Shown here piece by piece: positions 1 through 15,200 of a stretch of 64,000 nt of DNA. Below the pieces are notes generated by a model. That model was not told where the DNA came from. It worked only from the letters and a program-made list of their open reading frames with translations, and ran no database searches. Both the position numbers and the translations under genes were made by a program. The stretch comes from Paragordius varius (lineage: Eukaryota; Animalia; Nematomorpha). The stretch spans positions 4,712,001 to 4,776,000 of the forward strand of contig OZ176051.1 of the NCBI GenBank assembly GCA_964247055.1, read 5' to 3'. Position 1 is the stretch's first letter, and every line of letters begins with the position of its first letter.

Positions 1-183
<183 letters not shown>

Positions 184-967
184 CCGAAATTTACTTTCTT
201 AATATTTAATTATTAATGTTTATTTTTTTTTATTGTTACATCTAATACATTATAATAAATAAATCTATTTTTTGTTTTGTGATAAAATGTTTTTATAAAA
301 TATGACTAAAAGTAATATAATTAGCCCTTTAAAAAAGTCAATATTTTGTTTTAAAACATGTTCAAATTTAAAAAGTTTTAGCTATACCAAAAATTTTAAA
401 AAGATAGCCAAATTTCTTATGTATTATAATGGTCTAATTTTAAATTGTAAAAATATTGCTCAACTCAACAGTATGTTAAAACATAGTGATGTTTTTCACA
501 TAAAAAACATAACGTCTATATTTGGTAATGAGATCTTCATAATATTTTTAACATGTATTTGCACACTTTTATATTGATACTCAAAACTGTTGGAACCTGC
601 ACCTTACAAACAACGAAGTCAATGGGAATATTTCATAGCTTTTTAAAGATTTAAATAAAAGATATAATTATCTAAACATCATTGGTCCATAAAAATTCAT
701 TTTCTTAATCAGCAAAAAACTATTTACCAAGTATTATTTATTATTATGGCAATAAGTTACCATTTTTTATATAGCCTTACATTAAAATATTACGATAATT
801 TAATTTTACGATAACGTTATCCATTATAGGATGCAAAAAAATTATTTTATTGTGTATCAAACTCATAAAAATTTATTATATTTATCTTAATTGTTATTCT
901 TATGTATGCAACAAAAAAATAATTATTGATTCACATCAATATGTAATATAATGGCTATAGACACGTA

Positions 968-1620
968 TTATTCTGTAGTTTTTTTCAGCTTATTGACCGC
1001 AATCTCCTTAACCAACGAGTCCCATGTATTCTCCTCTTTGGCCGCAATTTCTTTACTATATCGTTGAGCCAATTTTATGCGTGACAATAAGGGATCATCA
1101 TGTTGAGACGTCGTAACCTGAGCTGTGCTATTATTATTGGGTACTGTTGAGTGTTCACTTATTATATCTTTGGCGGGCTGTATTTCTACTATTTTATCGT
1201 TTTCACTTATTAATTGTAGGCAAGTTAAACGATCTTTCGATGGACTTGGAGATATTAGTGTACCTCCACCTCCTGACCCAGGACCTCCTGACAATATTTG
1301 GCTTGGTAGATTGCAAGAATTATTTTTCATTAAAGTCTCAATATTTTGATTTATGCTAGTGGCAAAAGTTTGTAAATTTGGGAATTGATTTGTACATAAT
1401 TGATGTAATGGGATTAAATGGTCTTTAATGTCTGTAATAATCATGAATAAATAAATAAAAATTCACAATATTTAGGAACCTGACTATGTTTTACCTTTAT
1501 CAATGATTGTGTTTTGTTTGTAGATGTATTTTAACGCTTTATTCACATGCTTATTGTTTTCTAGCAGGACATTCAGTTTATTTTCCAAACTTTTGATTCG
1601 TTTATCTATTTCGGTTTCAC
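968..1620 (-). CDS. Unidentified protein, last two exons (1495-1620, 968-1431); 5' exons unresolved
   Basis: The 126-nt phase-1 exon ETEIDKRIKSLENKLNVLLENNKHVNKALKYIYKQNTIIDK splices in frame across a 63-nt GT-AG intron (1432-1494) into ORF 968-1444 (DIKDHL...VKEIAVNKLKKTTE*). Coiled-coil-like start; no family recognised. Confidence 0.65.
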
Positions 1621-4600
1621 CTATAAAAATATATATAAAAGGTTTTGTACCCGATATTTAAAAAAATATTCAGTAAATAAACTTAGTTGAACACATTCAG
1701 GAGTCGGTGTTTAAATCTAAACTATTATAATTTAACATATGTACCATTGACTTTGTAAATTATTTAATACATATTGTTATGGTTGTTTTATCTTTTTGGT
1801 GACTTATTTCTCATATGTGGTTGAAAATGATCAAAATAATTTCCGTAAAATTCGTATTGGTTGGCAAAAAGTTACATTTATAAGAAAAATGACCTAAGTG
1901 TTTTTTTATCACCGATCTTCAAGTGTATACTTGCTGGCGTAGGTTAACTTGTTCACCTTGTCACGCTTGACTTGGTCAATAGCGATTTTTTTAACACCTC
2001 ACCCTGAATTTTCAAAAGTCAATTGTGTTTTTACAGAGCTTGTACTGAGCCAACACATAGTTCATGAGATTTAAAAAGAAACCGATATCGATAAATAAAT
2101 ACCAATCTGTTAAAACGATTTGGTTTGGTTCCGACTGTTGAAAACTTAGGTTCCATTTTTCAATTTTAAGCGGTTTCCATATAAAGGCTTTCATAACAAA
2201 AATCATTCAAAAAATGGATAATTATGCTTCTCTATAAAACTTTTATACTAATGAATTTAAATTTTGTAATAAGGGATTAATGGTAATTAATTTTGTAGTG
2301 ATTTCAGCATTATACTATTTGGTACGCTAAACAGTGGAACAAATATAGAGATATGATTAGGTATCATTCGTAGCTAATAATTATTTTATACTTATAATTG
2401 AGAAAAATTTAATTCGGTTTTCTACATTTGACTCTAATCTAAATATCACCTTTTTCACACATTTGGTTGAATAAAATAATAATGTTAATCTATTCATAAT
2501 GCTAGATGTCTTGTATGTAAAAGTTTTTATAGCATAAAATGGAAAATGGGCTTTTAGTCAAAAAAGGGAAACCCTTTGAAAAAACTATTGTTAAAACTAT
2601 CTATAATTGTCGTTCAATTGAAAAAACATGGTTTGAAAAGGACTTTCAAATTAGTTTGAAAACTCAGAAATATCGGATGCTTTATAAATGAATGCACAAA
2701 AAACCAATCAGCTAATTTTCATTTGCTGGTAATACTCGATATATAAGTTTTAATTCAAACCCAGTAAAGTTTCCGAAATTTTTAAGAGAGGGTGACTGAG
2801 TCGATTGATATTTGTGAATAAAATATTGAAAAAATATTTTGCATTATTTAGACGTTGTTTTCAGGTATATTCAGTTCTTTTTACCTACATGTGCGTAAAG
2901 AATTCAATTGGTTTACAGAAAATTAAGTATTTTTATTCAGCAATGAAAAAAAATTCTCAAAATCTGAGTGGGATGATAATCGGTAAATTAAAGATTGTTT
3001 GTGATAATTTTTATTAGATAAAACTAGGGATCTAGTAACCGAATCTATTTTTGAGAATTATCCTGGATTCGGTGATAATCACTCCAGTTCCCATTAGTTT
3101 GTAAAAACTAACCCGATTCTAAACCTCTTGTAACTAATCGAGTTTTGGCTTTTCTTATCCATCTGGTTAGCCCTGGTTTTGTGATCATTATACAATATAC
3201 CAAAAAATTAGATTTCACTCTATTTATAAATTTTCAGTTTAAGAACAGTTTTGAGATAAGTAATCATTATAAAACTTATTTACAAAATATTAAGCTAATA
3301 TCTTTTTACTTAAACATGATTTAAAGTATGCCTGAAAAATGACTTTTTAACGTAATTTAAACCCAAAAGAATTGTTTTATAATACATATCTAACCATTAC
3401 CTGTAAGATAAGGACGTTTTTCAGGTACCATATCGTTTTTTCCCACATTCTGTGAAGATGATTCATTTGAACTTTCGCTTGACTTTTGAGGTTCTGGTTT
3501 CATTTGTGGTTTTTCTTCTATCGTTGAAGTAATATTAGGATTGTTCATATATGCGTTAAACTAATTATATTAATCATTAAACTATTGTTGTCTCTTGTTT
3601 TCAACAATCACAATTTATTTATGAAATGGCTGGTATTATTTTTAAACTTAAAGTTCACATTATAACTATAAACTGAATATAATGACTACTGAAGTATAAT
3701 TGATATGCCAAAGCTTCTATGTCGCTTTATAATGAAAGATGAGTTTAATTAGTAATGTACCTAGTCTCATCAATATTTCCCTCTCAATTAATTTCTCAAT
3801 TTGTTTACTATTAACAACAGGGTTTTTAGTAGTGTTGTAAATCTGAACCTAGCCTACGGCTGAGACTCGGGGTGCAATTTTATTTATACCATTTTTCAGT
3901 CAAAAATCTTTTTTCAACCAAACGGAACATATTTTTAAGCAAAGACATTTTTTCAAGCAAAAGCAACATATCAAATTTTCACTTGACAATTTGTTGTTAA
4001 ATATTAAAATATTAACATTATTTTAATCAATATAATTCATTTTTTTAACGTTTGCATCACGCCTCAAAGTTAGTTTAACTTGAAAATTTTGCTATTTATA
4101 TTTTTGATGAAATTGTGCATTTTTATAAATATTTTTAGTTAATATCAAAATTTGGCATATATTAAAATGTTTATCACGCAATTCCGGCATTTTCGGTTTA
4201 AGAGGACTAGCCCATAGTAGATCAAAAAATTGGGACTTTCGGATCCCACATCTAAAAATATTTTTTTTATAAATAGTTATAGTATATTTTTGAAATATTT
4301 TTTGGAATGACTTTAGCTTTCACTAAAAAAATTTAATTTAAAAAAATTTGCGTAATTTTGCCATTTTCTGATATGGGACACCTACCACAAAAGTGTAAAA
4401 ACTTTCTTAACTCACTCGTAAGGGCCAAAACCAAAACCTTGATAATCCTGATACATTTTCCTATCAGATTGTTTATATTTGATGAGGTTATATTTTTGTG
4501 GACGCTGTGTACATTTAACCGATGGCTGGCACATTTAATCCATCATCCAGCCGATTAAGCTGACATCTGGAAAAAAGTATATCAAGTGCATATGAATAAT

Positions 4601-5612
4601 TAAATTTTTATGTTCTATGATATGTTTTCATGTTGTTTCCTTGATTCAATTATAATTATATTTATACATTTCTAATTGTATTTTATCTGTTAATTTGCAT
4701 TAGATTATCATATAAAATTTATTAAGATTGATAATTCAATTCTTGTCCGCCTTTACATTAGTAACCTTGCGATTTCGATTTAAATATTTTATAAAATATT
4801 TATGACATTGAAATGCATTTTAAGGCCTTAAGATAATATTTCAAAGGTAATTGGAAAAAATTGTTTCCGATATTTATACACCAAGTAATATTTTGATTTT
4901 GAGATGGCATATACATATCCCTACACCAAATAAGACTAGGTCCAATTTTAAGCCTTTTGTTTGAATTGGATTTCGGAAGTTTTAATAGATAAATACTTAA
5001 AGTTTGGCCCAAGAGCCGCATGCGGACCGCTATACTACAGCTATTATATACGCTACCGGCCGTAACAAATTTTTCTGGCCCACCAAAATTTATTAATTGT
5101 TACTATTGAAACTGATTCTGGAAGTTATAAAAATTTAGAGAAAAATATTTAATTTCACATATTTTAAAATTATATTTTAACAAACAATTCATAATTAAAT
5201 ACTTTTATTTAACTAAATTTCTGGGTCAAGGCAAAAGATATTTATATCTATATATATATATATATATATGTGTGTGTTAGGGCAACAAAATTAAAGAAAG
5301 GTGGTGCGTTGGTTTTGCAGTGTATGCGGTTTACACCTAAAAGCCGACCGGTTCGGTTCGCCGCGGTTTTATCCTTTAAAAAAATGTTTAAAGGTAAATT
5401 TTAAAGGTTTAAAGACAAATTTTGGTAAATATAAAGCGCTAAAGGGTGTATCTTAAGTGGTTAAAGGGCCTAATAGAATATGGGTGAATTAAATTCACAA
5501 GAGTTATACTTAATTTCTTAGCTGTTTCTATAAGTATCAATGTTATATATATTTATTGTTTTCCAAAAAAAAAATTATGTCATACACAGCACAGCATCGT
5601 TTGGTATTCACA

Positions 5613-8337
5613 TTATATAAATGGCATTGCCATAAGTTTAAAGTAAAAGAACATTGTCATAAATAATATATTATTAAATTTATAAAAATTATCAATTCTA
5701 GCCACTGTTGAAATTTCTTTGGCCACAACTTTGTCCCATAAAAGATTGAGTATGCCTCCCGGTATCAAAAAACATAGGGTAAGAATTAAAAATATGGTAA
5801 CTTGGGCGAATTCTGATTTTGGAGATGATACAGTATCCAATGAGTCAAGGGCTCCATTATAAAATAATTTTTGAAACCAGCGTTTAAAGATTCCTTGATT
5901 ACTACTAGTGCTTGTAGTAATTTCTGGTGTTGACGGTTTGTCTTTTTTTGTCGCGCTAAGATTTGGTGTCTCCTTATTTTCCTCAGCCGTAACAGGTTGA
6001 GTTATAGGTGCATTAATTCTCTCAAGCAACGGAGAAACTCGTTGTGTAATCCGTTGATTACTTCGGATTCTTTGAACTATGGAAGCATATAAATACAGAT
6101 TCCATAAGAGCGGTATAAATTTCGACAAACTCTCCCTAGCTATTTGATAAAATAACCATTGTTTAGTATTGTAGAATGTAACGCTAACCATGGCTATATA
6201 AAATATGTCAATGTACGAAATCGCCTTATTTTTGGGGCGGAGAGATTCCTCAATATCTATGTAGGAGCTTTTATATAGCTCTAAATCTGAATTTTGGCAA
6301 AAACGTCCACGAGCCAGCGCATTCCAAAACGTAAGTGGACCAAAAAGTATCGAACAATATATGAAAATTGCCACGATTATAACAATGATTCTATCTGGTT
6401 GAAAAAATCTTAAATATTCTCGAGCACACATTTGTGAATATAAGTGAGCCGTTATGGCTATAATCAAGAAATAACTAAGGTGTAAAAAAATGTGCGAAAG
6501 CGGATTATGAAAATTTGCCATATAATTACTCCAATGAAAACCGAACCAAATAGCAGTTGACCGTGGATTTTTCCCGAGTCGTAAAATAAAGTCTAAATTC
6601 CCCAATGCCATTATGATAAGCCCCAAAATATTTGTAATATAATATGCCTGATATAGTAACTGCTTCCCCAATAAGTCGGATATGGTTGTGTTAGCACGAT
6701 TCCATGATTTTGGCATAATCAAATATTTTATTTGTGTTTTCCAATTGAAATTTCGATGTCTCCTTGAATTTAAACTTCTGGTCGTTATTTGTTGCTTCTT
6801 CTCCAACGAAAGGATTCGAGAGATGCTATATTAAAATAAAATTTCAGTTTTTATTAAAGTTATTGAATCCACAACATTTTTTTGCATAAAATAAAAAATT
6901 ACTACAAATTTGTACTTTCATTAGTTTAGGATAGTATTTCACCTTATTTGAGTAAATTAATTTGTTCATTATTTTTTGGAGAATTATATATCCTTTATAT
7001 TTTCATTCATATTGTGTCAAGTTTTATGTTAAAACTTTAGTTTAAAATTTTAATTTGGCTTAAGAAAAATGCGAGTTAGATCATCCAAAAATATAGGAGT
7101 AAAGTTGCATTTCGGAAAATCAAAGCTAAAAAATTAATTTTGTCAGCTGTCAAAAATGAAAAATTTCTATGTAAAATGTATCCTGAAATTGTTCGAATTA
7201 TTCAATACATAATTTATCTAATCATGGTTAAAATGCCTTTGATATTTGATTGAGAAATATTAAATGGAAAAATCTATGCATGTTTTCTAAAATCATCGTA
7301 TCGCGACCATAAAAACATGAGTTTTTTACTTGTTAGGTACCTGAATTGGATAATATATACCATTTATTCAAATTTACCCTTAAATTCAAATTCACCCTCG
7401 AACAATTTATATTCACCTTAAACAATTCAAATTCTACCTAAAAATAAATTGTGTTTTTGGGCTAATATAACTCATCAATAATATAAAATATATCCTTATG
7501 CCATAGTTTATTATTTTTTCAGTATTATTTTATAAACAAAATTTTATTTTTTAAAAATATAAAAATATAAGTAATTTTTAATCTTAAAAAACACTTAATT
7601 TGTTTTAGGGTGAATTTGAATTGTTTAAAGGTGAATTTGAACTGTTAATGGTATATTTAAAAATTTTGATATTATAATAAACCCAAATTGTTACAACTTC
7701 CGTTATACTTTGCCTAATAAATTTATTTCAATAATTTTAGGTGTAAAGTCGAGTTGGTTTGGAACCGCGATATTATCGTGACTTAATCCACTTTTATTAA
7801 AAACCGAGTCAAAAAATGTTAACATGTATGTATATAACGGGATAAAAAGTAAATTACAGGAACATAATTTAAATATTGTGATATTTAAAATAATTATAGC
7901 TGACTCTTTTAAAGATATTTACACCATAAAAACCTTATTTAGATAATAATTAAAATTTGTTGTTTTAATTTAGAAGAAACATTTTTATTTGTGGTTTCAA
8001 TTTAATTGAACGGTTAGACAATCAATGAATGCACCCATAAAGAGTCAGACGGGTTATCAATCATTGGATAAAACCCGACTTCGGTGCCAAAGTCTTGAAT
8101 TTTGAGAGAAAACAAATTATTTTAAAATTTATTTAATGAAAAATATGAAAGTGTATCATAAAAAAAGGTTAACTACCGTTTGGAATTGGCAATAAACAAA
8201 ATCAAATTTCCCAAAATGCCTAAAGCTATCACTACGGGTCGCACTATAACATTGATAACAAACTCTCCATGACTCAATCCAATAAGAGATGATTGAAAAT
8301 AACAGTTTGCGTCAAGATTCAATACTCGAAAAAACAT
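5613..8337 (-). CDS. Divergent class A-like 7TM receptor A (FMRFamide-receptor/Srw-like), join(8177-8337, 5613-6825), 457 aa
   Basis: Exon 1 (161 nt) MFFRVLNLDANCYF...RPVVIALGILGNLILFIANSKR carries the TM1 GxxGN motif. The phase-2 GT-AG intron 6826-8176 joins in frame to the 397-aa ORF, which has six further hydrophobic segments. Total 1374 nt = 458 codons. Confidence 0.8.
7355..7656. mobile_element. MITE family A copy (about 300 bp, palindromic ends with subterminal AACAATTCAAATTCACCCT repeats)
   Basis: Left arrays of TTCAAATTCACCCT and inverted right arrays of AGGGTGAATTTGAA. The internal sequence is shared with copies at 51385-51628 and 58531-58812. Lies in intron 1 of receptor A. Confidence 0.75.
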
Positions 8338-9042
8338 TCCGTGTGGAATTTATTTGTGGACAGCGAAAAAATTTTGTTTCTTTATAAAAAAAATCTTAGA
8401 TAGACAGCGTTAAAGATAGTAGGTAATTAATATTTGATTAAAACAAATTACCCTTTTGGCATGCCAAAGCCTAAATAAATGAAGGTTAATTTTGTCTTAT
8501 ACATGCAATATTAGAATTATTGGTGATAAAAATTGTGTATATTAATAATATTTGTTTCACTAAAAATAAAATGTTAAAGGTGGAAAACTTTGGGATAAAT
8601 CTTATTCCTAATTGATGCGTTTTTTATAAAAAATTGTTCTTCTTCAAAATAATAAGAAATTTTTTTGATAACTTATTTTATAAAAAATTGATCGGACAAG
8701 TTTTTGTATTAAACTGAGATGATAGATATTATTAACATCATTAATTATTTATAATATCAATATAAGTGACTTTGGGTGAGATTTAAAATACGTTAAAAAG
8801 GCTAAATATATAAATTTTGGTTAAACGAGATTTTGTTTTTAAATAAGCTTAAATATTTTAAAATAACCTTTTATGACACGATGGCAATATTTGTTTTACG
8901 CAAAATTGAAAGAATTTTTGCGATATGGCTCCTGGCGAGCTCAAATACAATGTTTTAGCTTGAAAGCTAACATTATTCATTTTATATATTCAATATACAC
9001 TTATACAATTTGTATTCATTTATTATTATATATATCAAATAT

Positions 9043-11429
9043 TTAAAAATTAAACCAACCCCTTTTCAGCCAGATATTTAGGATGGTGATTAGATACACA
9101 AACATAGAAACATATAATACATGACACAAATCATACAACATTACTATGTAACTAATTGAGTTTAAATCAAGTTTGAGTAAACTTTCCCAAAACAAATTGA
9201 TCAGTGTAGGGGTTAGGAGAAAACAAAGTGCCATACCAACGAAAATGGTTTGTGTTGAAATGTGATTTTCAAACGCTGATTCTAACAGCTCTTCAGAGTT
9301 GGCATGTTGATTGTAATTTAAATAATTGACATTGCTACCTTGTTCAAATACTAGTTGACGTTGCGTGGTGTTGGTAACACTCGTTCTTATTATGATGGGT
9401 GGGTTTAGCCATTGATTTAAGCGACATTTTATATCGTGGTGACGTCCCTTCTCATTTTTCATGGTTGATGATGTTGTAGCGTTTTCATCTATGTTTTGTG
9501 TAGTTGACAATGTCATCTTCTTGTGTTTTTTACGAATTTCGCGTTTTTTTCGAGCATTAGAGCTTATACTAGCTTTGTTGTTACAATCAAATGCCTCAGT
9601 CAGGATGACAGGCAAAATTATGTTGGCTACACGGGTCTGTGCTCTTTTCTTTATGATTAAACAGGCGCACAAGTACAAACATATCAGGAGGGGAAATATT
9701 TTTGCAAACGTTTCCCGCGAAAATTGATATATGGACCATAGACTTGCATTCATGTTTGGAGCACTATTCACCGTGCGATAAAATCTCCAATTTGCCCCGA
9801 ATCTGGCTTCACTCACATAAAATTTATCATAACCACCAAACGTGTGATAAAAGAGGGTGAATGGGCGACGTATCTTAGCTTGGAGTTGTTGACCCTTGGC
9901 CGTGATGTCGGCAGAATTTAAATTTAAACCCAAATCATCACACAATTTTCCCTCCACCAACGTATACCAAAAGGTTATCGGAACAAACATGATGGTGGAT
10001 GCAATAAATATGCCGAACATCATGAGAAAAACTTTGGACGGCGTAAAAAATTTGAGATGCTCTCGGTGACAAAAAAGTATGTAGGCATGAACGATAATAC
10101 AGACCTATATTAAATTGAAAACAAAAAATTAATGAAACCTCTCTCATAATAAACTTTTTTAAATAAACAGTGCTTATAAGCTAATTATAACATGCTGATA
10201 ATCATTTATGCCTCCCATTTTCAAATAAGATCCAATTTTTATGTTATAATCGTACAAATATGGGTATGATAGAACCATCATCATTATGGCCAAAAATAAT
10301 AGCAAAAAACAAATTTATTATTTTTATGAAAAATCTGTTATATTTTATTAACAATTATATAACGTTAAATAAAATTTAGTAATAAAAAGTTTCAAAATAA
10401 TTCCTACATTTTAAATAAGGGTTATGATGCAGATAATGACTTATGTGTTTTTTCCCGGGATATTATAAAAATCCCATTGTATGTATGTTATATGTACTAT
10501 TGATAGGAACTTTGAAATTCAAAAAATTAAAGTTTAATAATTTAAAATACCGTTGTGAGGAAACTCATGCTAAGCAAAATTTGCACAAGTGGATGATGAA
10601 AATTTGCGCTGTAATTATTCCATCGGAATCCTAACCACATCTTTCGGAAAAAGGCATTGTTCCAATCACTTTTAGCAAGGAAGTTGAGGAATGGATCACA
10701 TATTTGCACAATGATACATATAAAATTTACCAGGTAATAGTATAGGAAAAGACATTTAACACCCAAAAAATCATATATTGTGCCAATATTTTGATTTACG
10801 TTTCTTCTGTAAGTGTCATTCGGCCTGTTATTGAAGATACTGATAAATTGTTTCCATTTAGATTGGTAGAGTGGGCTAGAACCCAATTTTAACCGCTCCA
10901 ATTTTCGGATCCGATGTAAGCTATGTGTAAAATATAAAAAAAGTCCAAAAATATAATAAAATTTATACGGGCTACTAAATCATGTAATGATCAATAATCA
11001 AATAAAATTCAATAAAACTTTAACATTTAACATAACAATATTGGTCAGTTATTAACCTTTTTTAACATTACCCAAATGATTACATAACATTTGGAATACC
11101 TAAATGAGTGTATTACCACCTATCTATAATATATTCCTTATTATTTGGCAACCCAAAACAATAGGCTATATTATAAAACACGGTTTAAATTTCAAAAAAA
11201 TATTTGTCTTTCAAATTTTACGTTTGGTCTTTATAATTTCATTTTTTACTGTATCTAGTAACAAATACTTGAGACTGCAGGAACATATGGCCACAAAGTT
11301 GCCTAAAAGTCCCAAAACAATCAAGGCTGGAAAGATTCGTAAATAAATGATAGTTTCCGTGTAAGTAATACCCATCAAAGAATTCAGAAAGTAACATCCG
11401 CGCCGCGTTATATCTACTACACGGATCAT
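9043..11429 (-). CDS. Divergent class A-like 7TM receptor B, join(11269-11429, 10551-10920, 9043-10104), 530 aa; tandem paralog of receptor A
   Basis: Exon 1 is also 161 nt (MIRVVDITRRGCYF...ALIVLGLLGNFVAIC) with a phase-2 intron. Shared motifs: WLGFRWNNYSANFHHPL vs WFGFHWSNYMANFHNPL, and QFSRETFAKIFPLL vs QIARESLSKFIPLL. 1593 nt = 531 codons with canonical GT-AG sites. Confidence 0.85.
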
Positions 11430-12239
11430 AGCTAAATTATTAAAACACAAAAACAAAAAATATCAAAACAATAAATATGACAAAGTAGTAATTAAAAAAA
11501 ATACTTATGCAAAAAAGTAATGGAAAGTCGTAGGTATTTAGCGTTGGCGTGCACCCAAATTTTATTATACTAATATAAATCAATTAATTAAATATATATA
11601 TATATATATATATACGAAAAAAACTAATGTCAATAGGTGGTTTTATTACAAAGTAAATTTTAAAAAAAATGTTTTTTGTTTTCAATAAAATCATAATGTG
11701 TCCAATTAGCAAATATTAAAACATATATTAATAACGAATAAACAATTTCTTCGGCAAAATAGAAAAATTAAGATAAAAATATTTTAATTAAATTTTAATT
11801 AAACAAATATTAAATACTTTTGTTAAAAATCATTAACGGTAGTTTATTTTTTTATTACAATAATTTAGCGGAATCTAAGGTCATGTTGTTATCGAGAAAA
11901 TTTTTTTTACTCTAAAATTAGGACTTAATTTTGAATGCTTTAAACTAATATTTGCATTTGTATGTGTCAGAGTTTTTTTGTGCAAACAGGAAGGCACGTC
12001 CTATCATTAAGGAATAATTAAGGAAGATTGCATAGTGTGGAATATAACTTATAAATTATTAATTTGAAGGGAAAGACATCATCATGCATACATACATATA
12101 GGCTTAGGGAACAAGGCACATAAAAACTAATACGGTTAATTAGCTTTAGCAGTTTATTACTTGTTTAAAATTTTGGTTAACCTTACATCTCATCCTATTA
12201 TATTTGACTATCAACAAAATTTTTTATCAGTAGCCATTC

Positions 12240-15200
12240 ATGAGGGATTATTTATCCGTATATCAATACATATTTTGGGTACTACTATTGATTGGTGGTG
12301 TCTATTGCTTGATTCGAATTCTATCAATGTATAGGTAAAATATATATTGATTTTTGACAAAAATGTGTTAGAACGACCAGTTTATGAGACTAATCTTCAG
12401 ATTATTTAGGGTAGAATGATATAAGGTACAACGTTTTTGTAATAATAAACAGGCAAAAAAATGGTAATATATGTAACTTATGATATATTAAAATATTTTT
12501 TTTGTGAAATTTTGTTTATTTTTAATTACAGTTCTCGTCAAACTGAAGTTTTTTACACAACTTAGAATGATATAAGGTACAACGTTTTTGTAATAATAAA
12601 CAGGCAAAAAAATGTTAATATATGTAACTTATGATATATTAAAATATTTTTTTGTGAAATTTTGTTTATTTTTAATTACAGTTCTCGTCAAACTGAAGTT
12701 TTTTACACAACTTGTCAACCGTCAGTCGGGTAATATTACCCGTAATAACCTAACCCAAAAATCTTTTTTGTTATCGATAAACTATTCCTTTGGTTTTCAA
12801 ATATAATTTTTAGAACTTAAAAACACTTTCCCAACACCAAAAAAACTATTGTTATCGGCTATTGGGCCATAGAATAGAATCATGTGCCCTAAGCACCATA
12901 TTTTAGGTTAAATTTTCTTACTAAATTCAACTTTAGGTTTCTAAATAGTCTACTTATTAAACCAAAAATATAAAATGATATTAGTGTTGTTGGAAACAAT
13001 CATCATGCTGTATATTAATTATTAATTTCTCCAAAAAATTCTTAAAAATCTTGTTAAAATGAAACTAAAAATGAAAATAAAATCATGCATTAAATTTTTT
13101 CTGCGCAACTAAAAGCCCAAAAGCCAATAATATGACGCTTTACTGTATTGTGTGGCTTCAGTGGAACTTTATTTAATGTAAATTTTAAATTATATTAAAT
13201 CTATATTAACGTTTGTTAAATTTTATTCAAACTATTAAAACCGATTCGAACGATTAATTTATGTCATTAGATTTAATTAAAATATATTTTTTACATTCAA
13301 GTTTAGGATGACTGCCTATAACCGTGAATGAGGTCATGAGCGGTCAGTTCGGTTAATATTTTTCATCGGTTTGAAACCCTAATTATGATTATTTATAATT
13401 ATTATCATACAAATAAAATTAATTTAAAATTTTTGCAATTATGTTTAATATAAATCATACTCTCATTCGTGAGAAGCAATGATGGAGTATGTATTATGTA
13501 TGCCATACATACGTAAATCTTTGATAGACCCCTCCGACCTTCCACCTTTCAAAAAATGGTTATATTTGGGAACATAGAGCACTTAGCAGTTAAAAATATT
13601 ATAAATAATTACCTTGAAAGGGTTTACCGTGAACTAATTAAAACGGTTTTTGAAACGCTTGAATACATAGATACATAATTTTTATATTATAATTTACTAT
13701 GGTATTTAAAAAAATTTTAATATCTTTCGTATGATAATATAATTTGTCATGGTTTATTATTATTATTACATTACATGTTTTCACTCGTGAGAGCGGTCAT
13801 GTTATACAACCTGTCTCGCCATAAAACTCTATCTATGGCGTCCTCTGCATTAAGCTCGTATTCTGCTAGCTCTCTTTTTACTGTATCTATCCATTTTGTT
13901 TTAGGCCGCCCACGTCCTCGTTTTCCCTCAACTATATAACCATCTATTATTTTTGCAATATAATTAGAATCTCTCCTTTCAATGTGCCCGAACCAACGTA
14001 GCCTATTTTTTGACATTCTTTCCACTATTGGTTTAATATCTGTGCTCCCACGAATAAATCTATTCTCGATTCTGTCCTTTCTAGTTACCCCACACATCAT
14101 TCTGAGCATTTTCATTTCAGTCACGTTAAATTGTCTTTCTTCGGATTTTTTGACACCCCATGTCTGTGAATTATACATCATTGAGGGCTGGACAACTGAA
14201 CTGTAAATCTTACCTTTCACTCTAACATCAATATTTCGATCGCATAATACGCTCGAAATTTTCTTCCAATTTACCCAGCTGCTCTTTATTCTTAAATTAA
14301 TATCGTCAGTTAACGAACTATCTGCACTTAACATAGCTCCCAGATATTTGCAACTTTCTTTACCCTTCAGAACCCAACTATCATCAACTACCATTTCATG
14401 TTGTGGACCCCCAAAAGTAATAAGTTCGGTTTTTGCTTTGTTTACTTTCAGACCATATTGATCCAGCATAACAACCCATCTGTTTACCGTTCGCTTTAAC
14501 TCAATTAATGAATCAGACAAGATGATTATGTCATCTGCATACATTAAGTACCATCCTGAACTCACATTAACAACCTTGGCTACCTCGTCCATACAAATTA
14601 TAAACAATAAGGGGCTGAGTGATGAGCCTTGGTAGACTCCATGCTTTATTGAAAAGGGCTCTGATAAACCTTGTGGAGTTTTAATCCTGGAGGTGTGTGA
14701 TTCGTACATTATTTGTAACAACTTAATATAACTTTCTGGCACCTTTTTACGACGGAGACTCCACCAAATAGTTTCTCTAGGAATCCTGTCAAACGCCTTC
14801 TCTATATCAATCAAAACCCCGTGTAATTCTTTCTTTTTTTCAATGTGTTTTTCAATCAACCTCCTAACCGCATGTATAGGATCTACTGTTGACTTTCCTG
14901 GCATGAAACCAAATTGATTTCCTTCTATAGATATCATTTTCCTGATTCGCTTTTCAATTATTTTTTCAAACAATTTCATAGTGTGCGACATAAGTTTTAT
15001 CCCTCTATAGTTACTACATTCATTTATATCACCTTTTCCTTTAAATAAAGGCACAGTTAAACTTTCCTTCCATTCAACCGGGATTTCATACGTTGAAACA
15101 ACTTTATTAAATACACGCTCCAAAAAATTTAATCCAGAATTTCCAAGCACTTTCCAACAATTTATATTTATGTCGTCCGATCCTACAGCTTTGTTGTTTG

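Noticed and set aside
6825-11429. Receptors A and B sharing one TM1 exon (alternative receptor bodies), suggested by identical acceptor phase and offset
   Set aside because: Receptor A has its own 161-nt TM1 exon at 8177-8337.
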